DNA from: an uncultured Alphaproteobacteria bacterium
GTDB lineage: Bacteria; Pseudomonadota; Alphaproteobacteria; CAAGCB01; CAG-977
Assembly: GCA_944393745.1 (NCBI GenBank)
Contig: CALYBD010000002.1
Span: 21,591-85,590 of the forward strand
Direction: 5' to 3'
DNA length: 64,000 nucleotides
Made by a program: the position numbers and the translations under genes
In this document: positions 56,984 through 64,000 of the stretch, one piece after another
Numbering within the stretch: position 1 is the stretch's first letter
How the letters are laid out: every line of letters begins with the position of its first letter
The notes under the pieces: generated by a model
What the model saw: the letters and a program-made list of their open reading frames with translations, nothing else
The model's database searches: none
Told to the model about the DNA's origin: nothing

Positions 56984-58513
56984 CTATTTTTCAGCCGAGT
57001 CAAGCGAAAAATAAGTCAAAGACCGCTCATATCTGTCATGATCCAGCAACAGTTCGCGTGCAATTTCGTCATCGGCCGGGTTGTCTTTGCGCGACTGGGG
57101 CGGACAGCTCATCAGGGCTTTGCGTTTAAATTTGTATGTTCCCGTTTGCCACGGTTTTAGCTGAGTCTGTGCGACAGGCGGAGGGTCAAGTGTTAGAAGT
57201 GTTTTTCCCGATGTGCAGATATTCGGATAAAGACCGTAAGTCTGCGGCGAATATCCCGACGGCAGATAGAATTGCGCCCATGTCAGGTATATCTGGCCGC
57301 CGTCGGGCAAAGGATCGTTTGCCTGAATGACGCCTTTGCCGTAAGTCGGTGTGCCGACAATAACGGCATGACGATATTCCTGTAAAACGCCTGCAAAGAA
57401 TTCCGCGCTGGACGCTGTTTTTGAATCCGTCAGGACAGCGATCGGGTAAACGGGGCGGTTTTTTTTCGGTGTTGAGGTATACTGCTGTTCCGTTTGTTCC
57501 AGACGGCCTTTTGTTTTTATCATCAACAGGTTTTCGGGCAAGAACAGGTCCGCGGCCAGAACGGCTTCTTTCAGCAAGCCGCCCGTGTTTGAACGCAGAT
57601 CTATGATTAAACCGGCGGCTTTCATCTGCGCGGCTTTGTAAAGCGTGGCCTTTAACCCGGTTACGGTTTTTTGTGTAAAAGCCGCAATTTTGATGGTCAT
57701 CAATTTGTCTTTTTCATCAAAAAAATATGTGACGGGCGAAGCGGATACCTGCGTGCGTTTTAAAGTTCTTTGTTGTGTCTTGCCGTCTTTGCGCAGGGTT
57801 AGGAATATTTCGGAACCGTCTTCGCCGCGCAAGAGGTTTAAAATCTGAATCCGCGATAATTCCGTTACTTCTTTTCCGTCAATCGCCGAAATTCTGTCAC
57901 CGACGGCCAAATCGGAATGAGCCGCCGATCCGCCGGGCAGAATGTCCGTTATTTCCAGATATTTGCCGATCCGACGATAGGCAATGCCGATGCCGGCCGG
58001 CTTTTTTAACGCCAGAGGTTCCGCCGGATCCGGTCCCGCGTAATGAGAATAAGAGTCTATCGTTCCCAACGCCGCATTAAGGAAAATATTGAAAAATTCT
58101 TCGGCATCAGCCTTTTGCGCTTTCGGAGAATAAGGACGGGCGGCTACCGCTGCCGCCAGTGTCAGTCGCGTCCAGTTCGCGCAGTCTTCGTCCGCCGGCG
58201 CGCTGAAACTTTTTAATATTTTTCCGTCCGCCAGAATTAAAACGCGCTTGCCGTCTTTCATCACATTGATTTTCTGATCAATGGTTGACAGACTTTTGAC
58301 GCTTGCGAACGCCAGCTGGCTGGCCGTAACGGACGTCAGCGACTTCGTCGTGATCAGATCGCAGGCAGCCTGCAACGTTTCCTGCATGCGCCCGATGGGC
58401 AGCTGTGTATATCCCAAAACCGTTTCCCACCAGACGGGAACATTTGTTTCCTGCGCAAAAACCGGAAAAACAGACAGGAAATAAAACAGGCAGCAGGAAA
58501 AACAACGGCGCAT
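56984..58513 (-). CDS. ctpA: Carboxy-terminal processing protease (S41 family, Ctp/Prc) with PDZ domain
   Basis: Signal peptide; PDZ segment (GIGIAYRRIGKYLEITDILPGGSAAHSDLAVGDRISAIDG); S41 catalytic block IIDLRSNTGGL...SASSAEFFAG...K. Confidence 0.85.
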   Translation of the reverse strand: MRRCFSCCLFYFLSVFPVFAQETNVPVWWETVLGYTQLPIGRMQETLQAACDLITTKSLTSVTASQLAFASVKSLSTIDQKINVMKDGKRVLILADGKILKSFSAPADEDCANWTRLTLAAAVAARPYSPKAQKADAEEFFNIFLNAALGTIDSYSHYAGPDPAEPLALKKPAGIGIAYRRIGKYLEITDILPGGSAAHSDLAVGDRISAIDGKEVTELSRIQILNLLRGEDGSEIFLTLRKDGKTQQRTLKRTQVSASPVTYFFDEKDKLMTIKIAAFTQKTVTGLKATLYKAAQMKAAGLIIDLRSNTGGLLKEAVLAADLFLPENLLMIKTKGRLEQTEQQYTSTPKKNRPVYPIAVLTDSKTASSAEFFAGVLQEYRHAVIVGTPTYGKGVIQANDPLPDGGQIYLTWAQFYLPSGYSPQTYGLYPNICTSGKTLLTLDPPPVAQTQLKPWQTGTYKFKRKALMSCPPQSRKDNPADDEIARELLLDHDRYERSLTYFSLDSAEK

Positions 58514-58515
58514 GG

Positions 58516-60765
58516 TTACTTCCTTTTTGATTTACGCGCACCCGATTTGTGTTTTTTGTTTTTGCGCTTTTCGTGTTTTAAACGGGCAGGGCGCGCGCGT
58601 TGCGTTTGTCCCGTTCCCAAAATATGAAACAGAAGCCCGCCTGTGACCGGCGATGCTTCGGCCAATGTCATAAAAACGTGTTCGCCCAGTTCAAACGTGT
58701 TGCCCGTGGACGATCCGAACAGGCGGTGGCGTTCTTCGTCATGGACATAGTAATCGTTCGGCAGCGAAGAAATCGGGATTAAGCCGTCCGCCCCGATATC
58801 GTCGACGGTGACAAACAGGCCGAAACGGCTGACACCGTTAATGACGCCGCCGAATCGTTCGCCGATTCTGTCCTTTAAATAGGCAGACAGATAACGTTCT
58901 TCCGCATCGCGTTCCGCCGCGGCGGCACGGCGTTCGGTTGCCGAAATATGATCGCCCAAATCTTCCAGATCCGCAATTAAATCGCCGTCTTCGTCAATTA
59001 AGCCGTCATTGCCCAGTTTCAGTGCGGAAATCAGCCCGCGATGTACCAGCAAATCGGCATACCGCCGGATCGGCGACGTAAAGTGCGCGTAACGTTCCAA
59101 AGCCAGCCCGAAATGCCCCAGATTTTCGGGACTGTAACGTGCTTGGCTTTGCGAACGCAGAACCAGTTCGTTGATCATGGCCGCCCGAGGCGTACCGCGG
59201 ACTTTATCCAGAATTTTATTTAAATCATCGCTTTGCAATTTGCCGGTTTTTCCTGCCTTGATGCCGATGGTTCCAAGAAATGTCTGCAAGGCGGCGGATT
59301 TTTCCGCACTGGGGGATTCATGAATGCGGTACATGGCGGGAACGTTGTGTTCTTCCAGCGTTTCGGCGGCGGCGACATTCGCCAGAATCATAAATTCTTC
59401 AACGGTTTTATGACTGTCCAAACGTTCGCGCGGCATAATTGATCTGACTTGTCCTTTGTCGTCCAGATCTATTTCGCGTTCAATAACGTCCAATTCCAGT
59501 GCGCCGCGTTTTTTCCGCGCCTGTGCCAAAACCAGATAAGCTCCTCGCAGATCCTGTAAATGACGGCGCAGATCGGCGTTCATTTCCTTTAGTCCGCCGT
59601 CAAAAACTTTCTGAACTTCGTGATAATTCAGACGTGCCGCCGAACGCATCATGGCGCGGACGAATTTATGACGGATCAGTCGGCCGTTTTTGTTAATCCA
59701 TAAATGCACCGCCAAACACGGGCGATCCAACCCGGGCTTTAACGAACACAAGTCCGCCGACAGCTTTTCGGGCAACATCGGAATACAGCGATCGGGGAAA
59801 TAAACGGAATTGCCGCGTTCGCGCGCACAGTCGTCCAACGCTGTTCCCGGACGCACGAAATAAGCGACATCGGCAATCGCCACAATGATATGCCAGCCGC
59901 CTTTGTTTTTTTTGTCTTCGTCCGGTTCGGCAAAAACGGCATCGTCAAAATCGCGCGCGTCTTCGCCGTCAATCGTAACCAAAGGAATGTCGCGCAGATC
60001 CGTTCGCTTTTTCATACCGGGCAGCTTGGCTTTTGCCGCCTGTTTTAGGGCTTCTTCTGAAAATTCCGTCGGAATGGCATGCAGATGCAAAGCAATCAGA
60101 CTGGCCGCCCGCGGCGCGTCCGCCCGGCCGATGACTTCGACGACTTTCGCATGGCGTGCCGTACCGCCGAAAACGGAACTTAACACTTCGGCAATAACAA
60201 CGTCGCCGTTTTTGGCTTTGCCCGCATGATCGCGGTCGACGATATAGTTTTGGTGCAGTCGCCGATCAACCGATAAGATCCGTCCGCCTTTGCCCGAAGT
60301 CGTGTCGAATACGCCGACAACCCGGTTCGGTTTTTCGGATAAACGCCGGACAACCGCGCCGTGAAAAAACTTTTTGCCTTTCGGCGTTAATTTCAAAACG
60401 ACCAGATCGCCTTCTTTGGGCGGCGGCCGCAGCCGTCCCAAATCGGTAATCAGAATTTGCGGTCTTGACGTCGGCTTGTCCCAATTCAAAGGCCGGGCAA
60501 CAAGCTCGCCGTCCGAATCCGTCCCCGTGATTTCGCACGGGCACAGTTCCGGCAGACCGTCCGCGGCAATCATCTTTTTCCCGGACAGTTGTTCGATTTT
60601 GCCGGAAGTCTTTAATTCCTTCAGCATTTCTTTCAGCTTTGCCTTGTCGTCGCCCTTGATGTGAAAAGCGCGCGCAATCTCCCGTTTGCCGACTTTGCCG
60701 GGATTATCGTTTAAAAAGGCGATGATCTCGCTCATAGCGGGCAGGGGCGCTTTGGAGTTGCTCAT
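58516..60765 (-). CDS. rnr: Ribonuclease R (RNB family 3'-5' exoribonuclease)
   Basis: Cold-shock/OB N-terminal region, RNB catalytic domain (DIDGEDARDFDDAV), S1 domain (GVINGVSRFGLFVT) and a basic Lys-rich tail; 749 aa. Confidence 0.9.
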   Translation of the reverse strand: MSNSKAPLPAMSEIIAFLNDNPGKVGKREIARAFHIKGDDKAKLKEMLKELKTSGKIEQLSGKKMIAADGLPELCPCEITGTDSDGELVARPLNWDKPTSRPQILITDLGRLRPPPKEGDLVVLKLTPKGKKFFHGAVVRRLSEKPNRVVGVFDTTSGKGGRILSVDRRLHQNYIVDRDHAGKAKNGDVVIAEVLSSVFGGTARHAKVVEVIGRADAPRAASLIALHLHAIPTEFSEEALKQAAKAKLPGMKKRTDLRDIPLVTIDGEDARDFDDAVFAEPDEDKKNKGGWHIIVAIADVAYFVRPGTALDDCARERGNSVYFPDRCIPMLPEKLSADLCSLKPGLDRPCLAVHLWINKNGRLIRHKFVRAMMRSAARLNYHEVQKVFDGGLKEMNADLRRHLQDLRGAYLVLAQARKKRGALELDVIEREIDLDDKGQVRSIMPRERLDSHKTVEEFMILANVAAAETLEEHNVPAMYRIHESPSAEKSAALQTFLGTIGIKAGKTGKLQSDDLNKILDKVRGTPRAAMINELVLRSQSQARYSPENLGHFGLALERYAHFTSPIRRYADLLVHRGLISALKLGNDGLIDEDGDLIADLEDLGDHISATERRAAAAERDAEERYLSAYLKDRIGERFGGVINGVSRFGLFVTVDDIGADGLIPISSLPNDYYVHDEERHRLFGSSTGNTFELGEHVFMTLAEASPVTGGLLFHILGTGQTQRARPARLKHEKRKNKKHKSGARKSKRK

Positions 60766-63356
60766 GCTTTTTTTGCCTTTGTTGTCTTTTTCTTTGCCGT
60801 TTTTTTCGTCGTCGTCTTTGTTTTTGCGGCGGTTTTGGGGGGCTTTTCGGCTTTGGCGGCTAACAGGGCGACGGCTTCTTGCATTGTCGGCAGGCGGTTT
60901 TCATCGCGGATTGCTTTGGGAATCGAAGCAATGACGCTGCCGTGCTTGATATACGGACCGAAACGACCGGAACTGGCAATGACGGGTTTGCCGTCTGCCG
61001 GGTGCGGACCGATTTCCTGCGGCGGCGTTTTTTCTTTGACGTTTGCCAGCAATTCCAAGGCACGCGGCAGAGTAATCGTTAAAACGTTATCCGCAGCCGT
61101 TAAAGATTTAAAAGTTGATCCGATTTTTAAATACGGGCCGAACCGACCGATACCGGCCTGAATTTCCTGTCCGGTTTCCGGGTGAACGCCTAAAGTGCGC
61201 GGCAATGCCAGCAGAGCCAAAGCCTGATCCAGCGTAACGTCGACGGGATTCATGGCGCGGGGCAAAGAGGTGCGTTTTGTTGCCGATTTGTCTTTCTTTT
61301 CACCTTTTTTGGGTTTAGACACTTCTTTGCCTTCCTGGACATACCAGCCGTAAGGCCCTTTGCGCAAGACGACTTTTTCACCGTTTTCGGGATTTGTTCC
61401 CAATTCTTTTAAATCAGGTTCTTCTTCATCATTTTCTTCGGTTTCCTGTGTGCCGAAAGGCCGCGTATAACGACATTCGGGATAATTCGAACACCCAATG
61501 AATGCGCCGAACTTACCGATTTTCAGACTCAGACGTCCGCCTTTGGTTTTGCCGCATTCGGGGCAGATTCTGTCTTCGGGTGCGGCAAACAGATGTTCGG
61601 ACAGACTTTCTTCCAGTCGATTTAAAATATCCGTAATGGTCAGCGGTTCAACCGTTTTGACCGTTGTGTCAAAGTTTTTCCAAAAAGTGCGCAGAAGTTC
61701 TTTCCAATTCAATTTGTCGGCGGAAATGTCATCCAAAGAATTTTCCAGATCCGCGGTAAAGTCATATTGCACGTATTTGTTAAAGAAGTTTTCCATAAAC
61801 GCCGTGACGATCCGGCCGCGGTCTTCGGGAATAAAGCGGCGTTTTTCCAGCCGGACGTACTTTCTGTCCTGCAGAACGGACAAAATGGACGCATAGGTGG
61901 ACGGGCGGCCGATTCCCAGTTCTTCCAGTTTTTTGACCAGGCTGGCTTCGGAATACCGCGGCGGCGGCTGGGTGAAATGCTGTTCGGGGCGGACGGCTTT
62001 TTGATCCAAGTGTTCTCCGGTTGCCATTTGCGGCAGAATAACGCCGTTTTCTTCGTCACCGTCATCCAGCCCTTCGTGATAAACTCTTAAAAAACCGTCG
62101 AAAGCAATCGTCTGTCCCGTGGCGCGCAAAACGATCTGTCCGTCGCGTGACGGGCAGTCTACGGCCATTTTATTGATTTCGGCACTTTGCATCTGCGACG
62201 CCAGCGCCCGTTTATAAATCAGTTCGTACAATGCTTTCATGTCTTTGTTTAAATAGTGCGCCATCTGTTCGGGACGGCGGTGCAAAGACGTCGGGCGGAT
62301 TGCTTCGTGCGCTTCTTGCGCGTTTTTGACGTTGTTTTTATAATAGCGCGGTTTTTCGGGGATATAGTTGCTGCCAAAGTCATCGGCAATAACGGCGCGT
62401 GCTTCGGCAATCGCTTCCTGCGCCATTTGAATGCCGTCCGTTCTCATATACGTGATCAGACCGACGGTTTCCCCGCCGATGTCGATCCCTTCGTACAGCT
62501 GTTGTGCCAGCTGCATGGTCTTTTTGGCGGAAAAGAACAGTTTGCGGGCGGCTTCCTGCTGCAAAGTCGACGTCGTAAACGGCGGTGCGGGAGACCGTTT
62601 GACCGTTTTGCGTTCAATCAATCCGACATCAAAAGTCGCCGATTCGATTTTCTTTTGCGCGTTTAAAGCTTCCTGTTGGTTTGATAAAGTGAATTTGCCG
62701 ACTTTTTCACCGTTTAAAACGGACAAATGCGTTGTAAACAAATCGGCCCGCGGCGTCATAAAGTCCGTGTCAATCGTCCAGTATTCCTGCGCCTTAAAAG
62801 CTTCAATCTCATTTTCGCGTTCGCACACCAAACGCAAAGCAACCGACTGAACGCGCCCGGCCGACCGGCTGCCCGGCAGCTTGCGCCACAAAACCGGAGA
62901 AATCGTAAACCCGACCAAATAGTCCAAAGCGCGCCGGGCCAGATAAGCATCAACCAAAGGCATATCGATTTCGCGCGGGTTTTTCATGGCATTGGCCACG
63001 GCGGTTTTTGTGATTTCGTTAAAAACGACACGCTTTAATGTTTTGTTTTTCAGTTTGCCGCGGCGGTTTAATTCCTGAACAACGTGCCAGGCAATAGCTT
63101 CTCCTTCCCGGTCCGGGTCGGTTGCCAGATAGACGGTGTCGGCTTTGGCAACGGCAGCGGCAATGGCTTTGATATGTTTTTCGTCCTTTGGTTCTATTGC
63201 CCAATCCATGGCGAAATCTTCATCGGGGCGCACCGAACCGTTTTTTGCCGGCAGATCGCGGATATGTCCGAAACTGGCAATGACTTCAAAATTATTCCCC
63301 AGATATTTGTTGATTGTTTTTGCTTTTGCAGGTGATTCGACAATAACAACGTCCAT
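60762..63356 (-). CDS. topA: DNA topoisomerase I
   Basis: TOPRIM N-terminus (VVIVESPAKAKTINKYLG), active-site Tyr region (GLITYMRTDG), C4 zinc-ribbon CPECG...C..YPEC and a Lys-rich C-terminal tail; 864 aa. Confidence 0.95.
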   Translation of the reverse strand: MDVVIVESPAKAKTINKYLGNNFEVIASFGHIRDLPAKNGSVRPDEDFAMDWAIEPKDEKHIKAIAAAVAKADTVYLATDPDREGEAIAWHVVQELNRRGKLKNKTLKRVVFNEITKTAVANAMKNPREIDMPLVDAYLARRALDYLVGFTISPVLWRKLPGSRSAGRVQSVALRLVCERENEIEAFKAQEYWTIDTDFMTPRADLFTTHLSVLNGEKVGKFTLSNQQEALNAQKKIESATFDVGLIERKTVKRSPAPPFTTSTLQQEAARKLFFSAKKTMQLAQQLYEGIDIGGETVGLITYMRTDGIQMAQEAIAEARAVIADDFGSNYIPEKPRYYKNNVKNAQEAHEAIRPTSLHRRPEQMAHYLNKDMKALYELIYKRALASQMQSAEINKMAVDCPSRDGQIVLRATGQTIAFDGFLRVYHEGLDDGDEENGVILPQMATGEHLDQKAVRPEQHFTQPPPRYSEASLVKKLEELGIGRPSTYASILSVLQDRKYVRLEKRRFIPEDRGRIVTAFMENFFNKYVQYDFTADLENSLDDISADKLNWKELLRTFWKNFDTTVKTVEPLTITDILNRLEESLSEHLFAAPEDRICPECGKTKGGRLSLKIGKFGAFIGCSNYPECRYTRPFGTQETEENDEEEPDLKELGTNPENGEKVVLRKGPYGWYVQEGKEVSKPKKGEKKDKSATKRTSLPRAMNPVDVTLDQALALLALPRTLGVHPETGQEIQAGIGRFGPYLKIGSTFKSLTAADNVLTITLPRALELLANVKEKTPPQEIGPHPADGKPVIASSGRFGPYIKHGSVIASIPKAIRDENRLPTMQEAVALLAAKAEKPPKTAAKTKTTTKKTAKKKTTKAKKA

Positions 63357-63368
63357 GACTGTTTGCCT

Positions 63369-64000
63369 TTACAAAGAAGTAATACGTATGATCTTGTTGC
63401 CCGGCAGGCGTTCGATTTGTCCGCCCAGTTCCAATTCCACTAATAAAACCGAAATTACGCTGGCTGGCAAGCCCGTTTCCCGAATCAGCATATCTATTTC
63501 AACGGGCGATCCGTCCAGCAAAGCCAAAAGATCCGCTCTGTCCCGGTCGCTGGGTTCCGGGAAAACAACTGGTTCGTCCGGCAAAGATATGGGGTCGTTT
63601 TCTTCGGTTTCGCTGAATGAAAAGAAAGAAGGTGCTTTTAATTGTTCAATAATATCTTCGGCCGATTCGACCAAAGGCGCGCCGTTTTTAATCAGATAAT
63701 TAACGCCGGCAGCTCTGGGATCCAAAGGCGATGCCGGCACGGCAAAAACGTCTTTTCCCTGTTCCAAAGCTTTGTTTGCCGTGATCAAAGATCCCGAACG
63801 CAGTGTTGCTTCAATCACCACCAGCCCCAGTGCCAGCCCGGCAATGATTCGGTTTCTTTGCGGAAAATGGGACGGTTGCGGTTTTGTATTAAAGGCATAT
63901 TCGGAAATCAACACGCCTTTTTGACGAACGGCATCATATATTCTGCGGTTTTGTTCGGGATATACGACATTGATTCCCGTTCCCAAGACAGCTGTCGTCG
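63369..64000 (-). CDS. dprA: DNA processing protein DprA (C-terminal part; N-terminus beyond the window)
   Basis: Rossmann-like DprA core (NKALEQGKDVFAVPASPLDPRAAGVNYLIKNGAPLVESAEDI) plus C-terminal winged-helix. The ORF is open to the window end. Confidence 0.8.
   Translation of the reverse strand, partial: TTAVLGTGINVVYPEQNRRIYDAVRQKGVLISEYAFNTKPQPSHFPQRNRIIAGLALGLVVIEATLRSGSLITANKALEQGKDVFAVPASPLDPRAAGVNYLIKNGAPLVESAEDIIEQLKAPSFFSFSETEENDPISLPDEPVVFPEPSDRDRADLLALLDGSPVEIDMLIRETGLPASVISVLLVELELGGQIERLPGNKIIRITSL

Noticed and set aside
60762-60800. Lys-rich C-terminal tails of TopA (KKTAKKKTTKAKKA) and RNase R (KRKNKKHKSGARKSKRK) as possible fusion or repeat anomalies
   Set aside because: Basic C-terminal tails are a normal feature of both enzymes in many bacteria.

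Overview
This 64 kb window looks like proteobacterial chromosome, most consistent with an alphaproteobacterium that may be host-associated. Supporting evidence is an FtsZ with a long proline-rich C-terminal linker, a secreted ankyrin-repeat protein, an orphan type IV coupling protein, and roughly 45-50% GC with one ~1.2 kb AT-rich islet.

The core content is an almost complete cell-division and wall (dcw) cluster on the minus strand, 25.7-43.7 kb. The gene order is mraZ, rsmH, ftsL, ftsI, a fused murE-murF, mraY, ftsW, murG, murC, murB, ddl, ftsQ, ftsA, ftsZ, lpxC. There is no murD in the cluster, and the murE-murF fusion is a single 942 aa ORF. Upstream of mraZ is a 10-bp-phased TGGGA repeat array.

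Other housekeeping content includes an RNase P RNA gene (rnpB) on the minus strand, rpmG (L33), a Ctp protease, RNase R, topA and a partial dprA. There is also an acrAB-tolC-like RND efflux operon, rlmJ, potABC without potD, and a flavodiiron protein.

Accessory or unusual content:
- A VirD4/TraG-like coupling ATPase at the window edge.
- A cysteine-rich secreted protein built from three tandem repeats, sitting between an XRE regulator and a COG1067 Lon-like protease, with recurring TGTATC motifs in both promoter regions.
- A cluster of a TPR protein, a membrane-bound EEP (endonuclease/exonuclease/phosphatase family) phosphoesterase, a coiled-coil membrane protein and an LRAT/NlpC-like protein.
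- An AT-rich islet holding a NERD plus zinc-ribbon protein and a lipoprotein, bounded by a nested direct/inverted repeat element.
- A DUF47/PhoU-like gene followed by three tandem Pit phosphate-transporter paralogues that share a ~150 aa hydrophilic C-terminal extension.
- An orphan phage terminase large subunit.
- Two paralogous Cof-type HAD phosphatases next to an AmpD-like amidase.

No tRNA, rRNA or CRISPR array was recognised.
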